The position numbers and the translations under genes are program-made. From positions 60,390,001-60,454,000 of the forward strand of contig NC_087436.1 of assembly GCF_036321535.1 (NCBI RefSeq): a stretch of DNA of 64,000 nucleotides. Direction: 5' to 3'. Source of the stretch: Camelus dromedarius (taxonomy: Eukaryota). Below are positions 54,201 to 64,000 of this stretch, piece by piece (position 1 is the stretch's first letter; every line of letters begins with the position of its first letter). The notes under the pieces were generated by a model. The model searched no databases. It saw nothing but the letters and a program-made list of their open reading frames with translations, and was not told where the DNA came from.

Positions 54201-57200
54201 AAATTTAACAAATGGTGTGTAATGGACTAGAGAACTACACATTTTAACTGCCAGAAAGTCACAGAAGCTGAGGCTGGAGAGGTAGGCAGGAGCCCGGTCA
54301 AGGATGGTGTTGTGTGATGAACTTGGTATGAAGTCTAGATTTTATGCTAGAGGTAAAGAACAGCCTCTGAAGGCTCCGAGACAGGGAAACAAACTGGTCA
54401 GTCTTCTTTTCCCAATTGGGATAATAGACTGTATTTGCTGAAGGAATGTAACAGAGGGACTGAGAGCTACGTCTCTGAAGCCAGCCAGCCAGAGTTGGAA
54501 TTTCTACCTTGAGACTTACTAGCTGAGTGACCTTGGTTAAGTTTCTTAACCTCTCTGTAATGAAATAATAACAGAATCATCATGGAATTATGGTAGTGAT
54601 GAAATAATTGAAAATATAGGTACACAGATATATTTACTCAGAACCCAGTACAGTACTAGGAACAAATGCCACAAAGTGTTTGCTCTTATTATTTGCTAAT
54701 CAAATAAAAATATAAAAAACCTCTTTTGACCTTATCAAGGTTTCTTTGCATCAGCATTGTGTCCATATGAGATGGACCTAAGTTTTCTCTAATACCATTA
54801 TCAGTTGCATGGCTGAATATGTAAGAAGTTGGGACTTACTGGAAAGGGTTCCTAAAAGAAAACCTCAGATCTCTAGGACCTCAGGTTGTAGAATCTCTAA
54901 GTACCATTTGTACTTTCTCTATAAATAATTTAAAATTATTTTCATTGGAAAATCCATCGGATGAAGCTCTGTTCATCAAGTTACACCTTGAATGTCCTTC
55001 TAACACATATTGAAATTTGAAAAATCTAATAGATATGCCAGTGCATACTTTTTAAATGACAGATTCCTTGGAAGTAGGAATTATTCTTATTTAAAAAATT
55101 CTATGTAACCCCAGGGATGAGCACAGTGTTAGGCACATAATAGGCAATATATAAACAATCATCAAATAAATAAGGGTTCATAGCTTTGAAAGTGAGGACT
55201 TTGGATAAAACAATTGGCATTTACTTAAAAACTAGTATATTCATCAGATTATCAATCACTAGTTCTGATTTTGAAACAACCATATGCCACTTTCTATATG
55301 CTCTGTAAAGTTTAAGTGATATTTTAATTTAAAGTATCCTCTTCTTTTGGTCGTATTTACTGTTCTATTGAAAAATCTCTTGACGACAGCATCACTAAAC
55401 AGTGCAGATCATTTCCTGTGAATGCCTAAGAGTTCTATATAATTGGGTTTAAAAATTGTGGAGTCTAACAAAATATGATTAATAGAAATGATCTTGCCAA
55501 TGACTTAGAAAAGGCTCTCAATGACATTTGTTACTATTATTTAACTAACCACATTCTATTGTTCCTAAACATGAGAAAGTTTAATTTATATCTGTTAAAA
55601 GATCTGTTATAGACAAAGTCTACCCAAATTTTACAATTTGTAGCATTTCTTTTACAGTAAATTGTTCCAAATTCCACCAAGTTAAGAAGCTTTTAGTTAA
55701 AATCAGATTCACTTTCATATTAAAAAATTCTATATCCTTTGAAGTACAGTGAAAAATGGATTTGAATAACAAATAATACATAAATGTGACTCTATTGGCT
55801 TATATTGTTCCCAGTGTCCCCTCCTCTTTATATGAACAACAGTGTTAACACACCATCTTGCACATAGCAGGTGCAAGTTGCTATTATTAACATAAATTAT
55901 CTTATATAGTTAGTCAGGTGTTTAACTCAAGCTCCCAAGGCATTATTTGGTGTCTTGAAACTATTTTATTACAGGTAAAAGGCATAGCTTTCAACTTCAT
56001 AATACTAAACCTTTAGTATTCCAAACATGCAAATAACTTTGAACATTAAATGAATAAAACGCTGACTTGCATTTTTCACAAGTTTTTTCCTTGTTTTTGT
56101 TTTGTTGTTGTTGGGTTTTTTTTTTTTTTTTTGGTCCTCTTGAAAGTCTTTTTTAATGATACTCTTATAAGCGTTATTATTTTGCTTCAGTTCAGATTGA
56201 ATTTTCTCTAATTTTAAATCAAAATCAATTTGAAAAATTGTCTTTTTTATTCAACACATTCCTGATGATGGCATAACTCAATGTAACAGTACTAGTAAAA
56301 TATGGTTTGTTGAGCATCTATTCTGTGAGAAGCATGCATCTAGGCACAGTTCATTAATTAGAATCTTGCATGATAACCCTGCAAAGTTGGTATTTTTATC
56401 GGTACTCACTATATCATATCTGTATTTTACGAATGAAGAAACTGAGATTCAGGGAGATCAATTGACTTGCACAAAGTCATGGATCTAGATAGCACTGGAG
56501 CCAGGTTTCCAACCCAGTTCTGAGCACAACCAACAAACCCTTGAGTTGAATTAATTAAATTAACAGTCACTGTGGTGGTACATTGCTAGTGACTATCCCC
56601 AGTTAAAGCACCTCTATTAGTGACTTCACCCTCTTCAATTACAACAAATTGCTGCCTTTTGTTTATTCATCTTTTCCCTGTTAGATAAGGTAATACTTAA
56701 TTACCTGACCTAACTGAAATATGACCCGGTTTCATCTTGAACATGAAATCGTTTTCTGGGACTGAGATAGTTTAATTGTTAGCCTGTAATCTTATAAACC
56801 TTATAGTTAGAAAGAAGAAAAAAAGAATGGTCCTTACTTTCCTCTAGTCGTTTCAAAACTTGGTTTTTGATAGCTGGTTCTTTGGCTGCCACTGCCGTCA
56901 CCTCTGCTGAGGTATGTTTCCCGTGGGGATCGATTTCCCACACCTCCAACTGAGTTTAGAGAACTGGTTTGTTCATTTGACTTTCTGGCAAAGCTCTGAA
57001 GAAATTTCAGTGTGGAGTTGGGAAGGACCACAGACTCTGCTTTAGGACTGAACTTGATGCTAGAGCTGATCAGGAGGGCAGGAGTTTGTAACTTCAGCAC
57101 CCTTTCTGGCTTCTCTGTGGGCGCGAGCGTTTGGTTTTTCACAGCCTTGGGAGATGTGCTTGTCTCCGGGGGAAGCAGTGTTGATTTCAGAAGACCCTCT

Positions 57201-57424
57201 TCAGAGGCACTGGCCTCAGGAGCTGTGGCCATCTCAGCAGATGTGGTCTGAGTGGTCGGCAGCATCTGGCGACTTTGTATTCTGCTTAGAGGAACTGAAG
57301 TAGAGGTCACATTCTTCTGGGAGTTCTCATCCTCTGGTATAGTCCAAGTTTGTGTAGTGTCCTTTAGCCCAAAGCCCCCACTCCATAAACTAGAAAGCAG
57401 GATAAATAGCCTTGCTCCTTTCAT
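1739..57424 (-). CDS. MMRN1: Multimerin-1, complete spliced CDS: join(57424-56838, 41314-41195, 38869-38763, 28197-28090, 26746-26573, 19389-17401, 3814-3662, 2160-1739); 3660 nt, 1219 aa
   Basis: Exon translations match recalled MMRN1 (MKGARLF..., [15 protein letters not shown]1q end [11 protein letters not shown]). All introns are GT-AG, phases 2,2,1,1,1,1,1 join in frame, and exon lengths 587+120+107+108+174+1989+153+422 sum to 3660. Confidence 0.97.
3145..3380 (-). mobile_element. LINE-1 3' UTR fragment (lineage-specific)
   Basis: Reverse complement resembles the 3' end of the L1 at 21650-21850 (tatagcacagggaactatattc...gctgtacactagaaactgacaca). Confidence 0.85.
3662..3814 (-). CDS. MMRN1: MMRN1 exon 7 (EGF-like domain)
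   Basis: [51 protein letters not shown], six-Cys EGF pattern; acceptor ttcttttccag|, donor CAG|gtgaga; 153 bp. Confidence 0.94.
4080..5150 (+). mobile_element. Old LINE-1 (L1M-type) ORF2 3' end and 3' UTR, degraded
   Basis: Degenerate L1 motifs (agaatagaatatctggacacaaa, tctattcagtaaacagtgct, cacctaaatgaccattgatgagggact). Confidence 0.6.
5460..5730 (-). mobile_element. LINE-1 3' UTR fragment
   Basis: tatagttgattta...tagtttcaggtgtacaacagtgattc...gtgctgtaca...tatgagtctgtttt, typical laurasiatherian L1 3' end in reverse. Confidence 0.75.
7575..8235 (+). mobile_element. Old LINE-1 (L1MB/MC-type) 3' end
   Basis: tagtcattaggaaaatgcaaa, gcagctttattcataatc, ggggtgatggagatgttctctatcttgattgttgtgg. 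Explains the spurious 122-aa ORF at 8050. Confidence 0.8.
8400..9690. mobile_element. Degraded L2 fragments
   Basis: Pyrimidine-rich L2-like motifs (aattcccaatttttatct, atgtcctactcctgctcaaaa, aatatttgttgaattgaa). Boundaries uncertain. Confidence 0.5.
10627..10664 (+). pseudogene. tRNA-Lys(CTT) 5'-half retropseudogene (tailless)
   Basis: GCCCGGCTAGCTCAGTCGGTAGAGCGTGAGACTCTTAA equals the first 38 nt of mammalian tRNA-Lys-CTT as recalled (1 mismatch); 16-bp direct repeats at 10605-10620 and 10663-10678. Confidence 0.92.
11540..11784. mobile_element. MER21-type LTR fragment
   Basis: gcctgagactgctact...agaaaggcc, aaacaatatggtttatgctgaac, gtgctaggcagaggatgc...tgaccag. Confidence 0.72.
11785..12350 (+). 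mobile_element. MaLR LTR (MLT1A-type), split by a SINE
   Basis: tgttatggaccgaatgcttgtgtccc...aggtcatgagggtggagcc...aactgtgagaagaaaatttctgttctttataagccac...ttgttatagcag. Confidence 0.88.
11844..12043 (+). mobile_element. tRNA-derived SINE (camelid Vic-1-like), internally deleted, inserted in an MLT1 LTR
   Basis: A box tagttcagtgg, B box ggttcaaacc, AAAT-rich tail; TSD gaaa(t/c)cct(a/c)actccca at 11828-11843 and 12044-12059. Confidence 0.85.
13870..14095 (+). mobile_element. MIR SINE ending at the (TAG)n tract
   Basis: catcacttgc...tgacctcaggca...atctcataggtatt...cagtgcctgg. Confidence 0.6.
14102..14182. repeat. Perfect (TAG)27 microsatellite
   Basis: Read directly; produces the poly-Ser in the spurious ORF 14052..14285. 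Confidence 0.97.
14476..14683 (+). mobile_element. tRNA-derived SINE (Vic-1-like)
   Basis: gagggtagagttcagtggcag...gcacaaggtcctgggttcaatccctagtacctcc plus A-rich tail; TSD aagagtat(a/t)aaagg at 14462-14475 and 14684-14697. Confidence 0.87.
16555..16893 (+). mobile_element. MaLR LTR (MLT1A-type)
   Basis: gtcatgagggtggagccctcatgaatgggatta...catgctggcaccctgat...aaataaatttctgtt...cagcccaaagggactaagata. Confidence 0.88.
17401..19389 (-). CDS. MMRN1: MMRN1 exon 6 (long coiled-coil region)
   Basis: Core of the 687-aa ORF ([19 protein letters not shown]...RNTDNVLLP); acceptor ccttctccag|, donor CTG|gtaagc; 1989 bp. Confidence 0.97.
19559..21850 (+). mobile_element. LINE-1 with 5' UTR start fused to the 3' part of ORF2 and 3' UTR; TSD-flanked
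   Basis: Starts ggggggagtgccaagatgg; ORF2 fragments ([44 protein letters not shown]); 17-bp TSD aaaattactgtagt(c/t)ca at 19542-19558 and 21851-21867; internal (AAC)n near 20885-20910. Confidence 0.93.
22123..22362. mobile_element. Tigger2a/MER8-type non-autonomous TcMar DNA transposon
   Basis: Terminal inverted repeats agttgacccatgaacaa ... ttaatcaagggtcaactg, TA on both sides (22121-22122, 22363-22364), about 240 bp. Confidence 0.88.
25601..26040 (+). mobile_element. MaLR LTR (MLT1D-type)
   Basis: gtggtaggcagaataatg...cctgtgaatatgttacctta...gagattatcctggattatcc...tgaagatggaggaag...ggccatgagccaag. Confidence 0.88.
26573..26746 (-). CDS. MMRN1: MMRN1 exon 5
   Basis: [22 protein letters not shown]...GREFQSFLK; acceptor atgcag|CAG (tandem), donor AAG|gtaaaa; 174 bp. 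Confidence 0.94.
27143..27220. repeat. Interrupted (GATA)n microsatellite
   Basis: Read directly. Confidence 0.96.
28090..28197 (-). CDS. MMRN1: MMRN1 exon 4 (Gln-rich linker)
   Basis: [36 protein letters not shown]; acceptor tttttgcttcggtccag|, donor CAG|gtcaca; 108 bp. Confidence 0.92.
29553..29739. mobile_element. MER5A (hAT-Charlie MITE)
   Basis: gattctcaaac...atcagcgtcacctgg...ccaccccagacct...aagtttgagaaccactg. A weaker MER5-like copy lies at about 30135-30325. Confidence 0.85.
31480..31617 (-). mobile_element. tRNA-derived SINE (Vic-1-like)
   Basis: Minus strand gggggatatagctcaagtggtagagcac...ggtcctaggttcaatcccaagtacctc, same family as the two plus-strand copies. Confidence 0.85.
38763..38869 (-). 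CDS. MMRN1: MMRN1 exon 3 (EMI domain, C-terminal part)
   Basis: [35 protein letters not shown] with the EMI W.CCPG motif; acceptor ctcctctctag|, donor AAG|gtaaat; 107 bp. Confidence 0.96.
39480..39630 (-). mobile_element. MIR SINE
   Basis: tttaatcctcac...ctatgagg...tattattatc...gatgaggaa...gagctgggattt. Confidence 0.65.
41195..41314 (-). CDS. MMRN1: MMRN1 exon 2 (EMI domain, N-terminal part)
   Basis: Hand translation [40 protein letters not shown]; acceptor ctcttcctcag|, donor CAGAG|gtatgt; 120 bp. Not in the ORF track. Confidence 0.96.
41978..44300 (+). mobile_element. ERV1-class (LTR39/MER4-group-like) 5' LTR (~41978-42463), PBS and non-coding internal region; no 3' LTR seen
   Basis: TG start; LTR motifs ttgaggagacagatttgag, ttttctcaaaagctggtgcca, end cagtaac; then tgggggaccagaaagggac (42468-42486), a degenerate tRNA-Arg-type PBS; donor GGG|gtgagt at 42608. 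Confidence 0.72.
49690..50200 (+). mobile_element. Old LINE-1 (L1MB-type) 3' end
   Basis: caatccaagtgtccactgacagatgaat...attccacttatatgaggtacctag...tagtcaaattcatagagacagaaa...ttaccacaataaaa. Confidence 0.85.
52468..52504. repeat. 14-bp tandem repeat (agtatgtataatat) x2.6
   Basis: Read directly. Confidence 0.85.
52750..53082 (+). mobile_element. MaLR LTR (MLT1A-type)
   Basis: ggctgaatgtttgtg...catgctggcagcctg...gaactgtgagaaataaatttctgttg...tgaatggactaagata. Confidence 0.85.
54460..54690 (+). mobile_element. MIR SINE
   Basis: acttactagctgagtgaccttggttaagtttcttaacctctctg. Confidence 0.75.
56300..56530 (-). mobile_element. MIR SINE
   Basis: attttacgaatgaagaaactgagattcagggagatcaattgacttgcacaaagtca...ggagccaggttt. 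Confidence 0.72.
56838..57424 (-). CDS. MMRN1: MMRN1 coding exon 1: signal peptide, Ser/Thr-rich region, RGD motif (56897-56905)
   Basis: ORF 56834..57442 read from the ATG at 57424 ([17 protein letters not shown]...SRGDGSG...ETTRGK); donor GAAA|gtaagg at 56837. Confidence 0.96.
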
Positions 57425-57760
57425 CTCAGCAGCTTGAAGCAAGAAAGCTATGTGAAGTTAGGGGATAAGATCCTTCTGGCTTTTTTGACAGCTGCTTCCA
57501 CACTGGATCTGCTAAGACAGAGCTCTGCCAGTTTGAGATGTGTAGAGGAAGCAGGTTTCTGTGTTTTGTAGTGGACTCAGGAAGTTTGATTTCCTGTTTC
57601 TGAGGTTTTGTGTGATCTGTGACCCCTGGTAGGATGATCTGTGGAAGCAGTGAAGGGTGTCTGATGAAGCTAGGGGTAAATGGGAAAACACAGGCAATTA
57701 TTATCAGGAAAACCCATGGGAAAAACATGAAGTAATTTTCCTTTCCTAGGTTCACTCATG
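57425..57760 (-). promoter_or_regulatory. MMRN1 5' UTR and proximal promoter with ETS, FOX:ETS and GATA motifs
   Basis: Directly upstream of the ATG: CAGGAAGT 57578-57585, AAACAGGAAA on minus 57599-57590, further GGAA cores near 57547, 57643 and 57707, GATA cores near 57465 and 57701. No clear TATA box. Confidence 0.6.
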
Positions 57761-60700
57761 TTTCATGTGTTGATGACTTTGAAGAGAAATTTCACATTGA
57801 CGATGGAATTTTGTTTGCATAGGCTGAATGAAGGAGTTTAACATTTTGTTCTACTCTACAAGGAAATTGAGAAAAAATTTTGTAACACTTCCTTTCCCCT
57901 GTGCCCCACCCAGAGAGCCACATTTTGTTCAAGGCTGTATATGCATGCATACAAACAAAAACTCATCTATGGTGTCTTTGTTCTTTCATGCAGCACAGGC
58001 TGAATTATGAAAAAAATATATACCCCTATTTTTGTATATACACTTCAGCTGCAGTAGCATTATTTGAAGTTAATCTCAATGATGATGATAAAAGCATAAA
58101 TTATTGAATTATGTCAGTATACAAAAAATTCACTTTAAATTTTGCTCTTAAAACTTCTATCAGAACCAATTAATGGAATGATAATCAGAAATTTAGTTCT
58201 TCTATTTTCTAATCCTGATATTCTAGTGGTTGGAGGTAATTAGTATTTTACCATTAAGGAATGGATGAAGAAAAAGTGGAGTCACATGAAAATAAATTAA
58301 ACATGGATCATATGTAAGGCTTTGTACTTATATTGCAGTACAAAAGTACACCCCCTGCAGATAGTAGAGAACTAAATTAATCAAAGACTTTTCTATGGTT
58401 GTTTTCCCACTTGAGATGCTTCATGGAATTTATGATTTCACTACTCCAGCAAATTTCTGATTCTCAAGCTTCCATCAAGCTCTCTCATCTGTAAAATATT
58501 CCATAGCAGACATATAAATAACAAGTTAGAACAGTTCACCCATCCAGACCTTCCTTCCTTCATTCATTCAGTAATTACCCAAACCCTCAGTGAGCTTCAG
58601 CAAGATACTTGCTTAAGTACTGAGATTATAAAGCAAGAATATTCTTGGCTCTCAATTTGCTATGGTCTATTATGTTATCTGAAGGCTCGATGTATGTATA
58701 ATTAATCTTTCTGTCAACTTCTGTGCCAGGCATTAGGTTCCTGCTAAATATTCAGTCATGGAATGTTTTCTTTCAGAATTGGAAAATTGGAAACCTCATG
58801 ACTATTTGGTTATATATTACTATAAGTATATAGTATTGTCTCTAGTCCCAGATACAGGACACCAGGATTTGAAACAAGACCTATTTTTTCTCTGAACCAC
58901 TGACTTTTTGGTCTTAATACTTTTTTCTCCCCTTAATCTTTGCCGTTCACTTACATAAGCATCTTGTTGACATATTAGAGAGTATATAATATGAGGTTAT
59001 TTAAACTACAACCAACATTCATCAGCAGAAACTCCAGTTGACTTTCATATGGAGTACGAAGCATCTGTTTTTCGGATATACCACAGAACAATCCCACAAA
59101 GCCTGAATTAGTAAAAGATCAAAAAGGTCCAGCACAGACAAGCCAGGCAGCAATTTGTTACTAAAAAGAGCAATGAAACTGCATAATTTTCACAACTCTA
59201 ACATGGTTTTTCAGTACTAAGAAAAAGACATTACAGCTTCCTTATCTGGAAAAGACACAAGTAACTGTCTTTGGCTTAGAGCTGAAGAGTATTTGGAAAA
59301 ATCCAAGCAAAACGTTTCTGTTTAGTATACAATTTAAAATCCATCTTCTTAGATTTAGTAAAAGTAGATGAAGAGACCATCCTGAAACCTTAAGAAATAA
59401 CCAGAACAATGTGACACACATAGGTTTTTTGGCTTATCTGGTTTGAAAAAAACATTTTGATCCCTTTTAGGACAAACGAACTTTAGTGGTAAACGGTCAC
59501 TCATTGGATCTATAACTGATAGCATATGTTTCTCAAATGGTAATAAAAACTGATGAGCTGAGCAATTCATTTTGGCTCCTGTAAGGTATTGATAAATAAC
59601 GACTTTTGGTTACCCCCATCCTAGCTTGCAAGTGATCTTGTGATCAAAAGGCCTGAGGTTCTATATCTCATTATCAATCCACTAAGCCATCGTGTGCTGG
59701 AATTCCCCAGAGAATCCCCGGCTTGTCTAATGGCTTTAGGTGTGTGGATCATCCTTTAATTGGAGACATAAAATATCTGTTCTCCAGAAACTGTCAGAGG
59801 GCCTAACCTCAAATTCTGTTCTCTGAGACTTACTGATACTCATCAAATAACAGTTAAAAAAAAATAATATTCCTGGCATCACTGCCTGAAGAATACTCAA
59901 TCCATTCTTTGAACTATGCTAAATACTAACCTTGGATTAAACTGTATCATCAGAGTTTTGTATATCTGGACCCCACCATTCTGTTACACCCCCATGGCCC
60001 ACTAAATTTTTTATAATGAATTATGTTTTACCCTATTTTTTCACTGAGTAATTTATAAGAACAAAACTGTGAAACTCATTAGATTATGTTGTATCAAGAG
60101 GTTTTTATGTCATATTTCATGGTCCCATAAACATAGAATTGAAAACATACTGCAAAACATGTTCTTCCTAGATAATGAGATAATGGGTTATTTCAGTTTT
60201 CTTTTTCTAATTTATTATTATTTTCATACTCTTTTTTAAATTACAAGAAAATAACAAAAAATGTTATTATTTTGAAATAAAAATATAAAGAGTTAAAAGA
60301 GACTCTTAGATTGAGGATTTCATTGTTTGTAGGTGGTGCTGTGTATTACTTAAAGCCACATGAAAGGCTGCAAAAGTTATTATTCTTTGGAAAATGTTGG
60401 GCATATGGAATAACTTCTACTAGATTAATAGATTTCTTAGCAGCTTCTTCCTTTCTTTCTCACATGAGAAATTCTTTTCTTAAAATAGTATAAAACATTT
60501 AAAATAATATTTCATTATAGTCTTCCATAAACCGACATTGTCAAAAGATAACTGCAGGAAGCAAAGTTCTAAGCTTTTTTCAATTTTATGTTGGTTGAAA
60601 GTATTAAAAACCTGTTAAATTTATATGTGGACCAAGGGGATTATAAAGATACAGTAAAAGGGCTGGAGGAAGAAGAGTAACAGATTTACGTGTGATTTTG

Positions 60701-62129
60701 ATGAGCCAAACAACATGCTAAGTAAGCTAAATTTGGCACATTGTTTAATTCTCCCAATGATGTAAAGTATTCTACTTTAATTTGACTGATAGAAAGTCAG
60801 GCTCAAAGAAGTTAAACAACTTCCTAGGGTAACACACTGGTAATTGATAGAACAGAGACTTATGTCCAATTCTGATTCTTTCCACTATGTAATAATAACC
60901 CCCCAAAGAAATAGTAAACATCTAAGTTTACAAAAATCTAGAAAAATAATTTTCAAATTATCTTAAATTCATTTTAATTATTTTAAGCTTTTATCTTTCT
61001 GCTAAAACATACATAGAGATACCACTAATAATTGAATGATTTCTGTTAACTTGAATTTATGAAATTAAAGAGGAAATTTTGTGTTCTTATATTTTCTTTT
61101 AGTCTAATCTTTCCTGTTTTATTCTTTTTGGTTGGATGCCATTTTTAATTCTTGTGCAGTATTGTAAGTGATGACCTTGCCTTATCCTTGACAGCACAGA
61201 TAAGGTGCTCCTTTCATTTGCTAGAATGGAACCTGCAGGGCAGTATAAGACTACTGCACCCCCGGCATCTAGGACAGTGTTTGGCAGGCACTCGATAAAT
61301 ATTTATCAAATAAATGAATGAATGGATAAAACTATTAATGTACTTCTATATATCTGTAATAATAATACCTGTCAGGGAATTAAATAGGGGAGGATCTATT
61401 TCCCCAACTCATAGCCACATTAAAGAAAGAAAAAAAAAAAAGCAATGTAAATTAATACAAGGTACTCCCTCTATGAATATAGTTCTGTCTACTAGAACAC
61501 CCTTTTGATCATATTACCTCTTGTAAGTCCTTCCTAAATAAAATTCAGAAAGCCTATTGCTTCTACTTCTTCTGTTTGCAAAATATATTTCAGATGGGTT
61601 ATTTTGAAAGCATTACAGGCACATAAGAGTCATAAAGCAAAGTCTAAGAGCTGTATAATAAAGGGTAATAAAGTAGTAGTAATGGCAGAAAGACCTAAGA
61701 TGTGCAAACAAATTGAAATTAAGAGCAAGATTTAGGTTTGAGTGGGCTGGTAGAAAAGGAAATATGGAAATATGATGAATCATATAATTCTTAATATTAA
61801 GTAAGAGAAGCATATTAGTTTGTCAGGAAAAAATACAACATATTTTAGTCTAACATAAAATTTTTAACTTTCTAATTAAGAACATAAAGGACAAATTGAT
61901 AAAAGATGACCAAATATCCCTCATAAGCAAATGTTTATATTGATAGGCTGCAAAATTATCCTATTGCTTATTTTATATTTCTCATTTAAGGAGGACAACA
62001 TACTTGAAAGAGTTAATCTAAAAAATCTTTAAGACTAATTTTTTTGCACACTTTAAGAAATAGCAATATTTTCTTTTCCTTCTTGAAGAAAGTTGTCTGG
62101 TCATTGAGTGATTATCATTAATGCATTAA

Positions 62130-64000
62130 TGACTTCTGCTTCTGGAAATATGGAATAGGTGTACTTTTCCCTATTCTTCCTGTTAAGTACACCTAAAAAT
62201 CCTGGACACTATATGTGAAACAAACATAAGAAGACTCTAAAAGGTGAAGAAAAGAAGGCAGACTGGCTAGGAGACCCGAGGAAAACACAGCATTGGGTTC
62301 TCTGGATTTCCTTTTTGCCTCATATATCCTAGACTGGGTTCTGGAGAAATTGGCACACTAGAAACATCTACGACATAAACAACCAAAGCCACAAGAAAAG
62401 CCAAAGGACCAGGAAATGGTCAGCCTAGACAGAAAGAAATCTTTCTAGACAGTAACTGCTCTACTCCCACCAAATATCACAGAAAAAAACTGTGGTGCTG
62501 CCCCTGTCCCTGCCAGCAAAGGCTGAATGGAGAGCTTAGATTTCCACATTCACAAGGTTATAACAGGCAGCCTCAGCCCCCATCCCTTCCCTGGGGTAGT
62601 GACAGAGAAGTCCAACAGAGGAGCCAGAAATTTCATCATCAAGAATACTCCACTAAGTCACTGCCATAACCCAATAAGACTGGGTAAAGGACAAGAGAAC
62701 TGGAAAAAACATAAACCAAACCCTAAGGCATGCCAAGTCTTCACTGGGTACATGTCCATAGTCTCCCAAAGGCTGGAGATAAGGCAAAGGTTGGAGAAAT
62801 ACAGAAATTCAGGGGCAGGTGTGGGAAAAAAGAATTCATCAGAGATTTAAAAAAAAAAGATTTTTTTACAGTAAAGTTCAGATCTCCGACAGTGTTTTCA
62901 TCAACTCCTCTTCACTCCACTCCACTGGAGAGAAAGGAATTCCCACCCTAGGGTTATGGGGCTAGCTGAACACATGACACCCAACACTGAACAGATGAGA
63001 TTGGTAGCAGTTTGCACATATACTCACAGCCCTGGGGAGGAAGACACCACACACCACACAGGGCCACACAGGGCTTGCACTCCAGAACACAACAGTAAGA
63101 GGCAGGCTTTTTAATGTGAAGAGTGAGGGTTGCCCCTGGCTCTCACTGGAGGATGCAACTGGCTTGCTTGAATAATTCTATGGGCTGTCAGGGAATTGAA
63201 ACCCACACTCAAGGACAAGCAGGAAATATGCCTGGTCTCCTTGATAAAGAGAATTGTTTGGCCAGGGGACCTTATCCACTGGAGCAGAGTGGAAAAGGGA
63301 ACTTGTGGTTAGGCCATACTCTGGGTGTCACATATCAAGGCAGCATATAATAGTACAACTTAATTTTAGACCTTATACCACACAAAGTTCAGAGAGCTTT
63401 TTTTTTTTTTTTTTTTGGCATCATAAAGGATGACAGACTCTTCCAGAGTTTTGCTTGTGCTCAGATCTCAAGCTTAGTTAAAAAGAAAATCCTGATCATG
63501 CTCTTAAAGTATTTAAAAACTGTGGTAAGTTAAAACTATAAAAGATACAACAACTTTAGATTAGACACAGCTCAACTACAAACTGGTGCAACTCAGCCCC
63601 AAAACCAGAGGCCAGATAGGAGAAAGAGTATCCCCTTTCCTGAGGCGAATATTATTTACTAAAGTTCTTTTACACGTAATGCCTCTTGAAAATTATGAGA
63701 CAAACAAAGAAACAAAAAATGTGACCTATAGTCAAGAAAGAAAACATTAATAGAAAAAGACTCAGAAAAGGCTCAGCTAGCTATTAGGGACAGAGAATTT
63801 AGTGTAACTATGCTAGAATGAGAGCAATATGTCTGAACACAAAGGGAGTTTCAGCAGAGGCAAAAAAACTATAAAGAAAATAGAAATGCTAGGAATAGAA
63901 AATATGATATCAGAAATAAAGAATTAATTTGATAAGCTGAATAGCACCGTGGAAATATCAAAGAGAACAATTGCCTAACTTGAAGACAGGTCAAAAGGAA
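62130..64000 (+). mobile_element. Old LINE-1 5' region (5' UTR and ORF1 remnants), interrupted by an LTR, running off the window edge
   Basis: gacttctgcttctggaaatatggaata...aagactctaaaaggtgaagaaaagaaggcagactggctagg resembles an L1M 5' end; A-rich ORF1-like sequence at 63700-64000. Confidence 0.6.
62920..63380. mobile_element. Solo LTR, MER76-like (ERVL)
   Basis: gacacccaacactgaacagatgagatt...cacatatactcacagccc...gcttgcttgaataattc...gaaacccacactcaaggacaagcaggaa resembles the recalled MER76 consensus. Confidence 0.6.

Noticed and set aside
1..64000. CRISPR arrays, operons or other prokaryote-type systems
   Set aside because: The sequence is a spliced mammalian locus; I saw no repeat-spacer array or intact foreign gene cluster.

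Overview
AT-rich mammalian genomic DNA holding the complete coding region of MMRN1 (multimerin-1) on the minus strand. I traced 8 coding exons from ATG 57424 to stop 1739, all with GT-AG introns and compatible phases, giving a 3660-nt CDS (1219 aa): signal peptide, RGD, EMI domain, long coiled coil, EGF-like domain and C1q domain. tRNA-derived SINEs resembling the Vic-1 family suggest a camelid (inference). The introns carry ordinary repeats (L1, L2, MIR, MLT1, MER21, MER5A, Tigger2a, MER76-like LTR, microsatellites). Less ordinary items: a tailless tRNA-Lys(CTT) 5'-half retrocopy with TSDs and a 5' leader; an L1 with both ends and TSDs but no middle, next to exon 6; an 18-bp retro-insertion; a 3'-truncated ERV followed by a GC-richer block ending in a 59-bp copy of sequence 14.7 kb away; a CpG cluster with an in-frame ATG before exon 4; and a decayed coding-like frame in intron 3. 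I found no convincing novel multi-gene system. Repeat family names and comparisons with human MMRN1 come from recalled sequences, not searches, and repeat boundaries are approximate.
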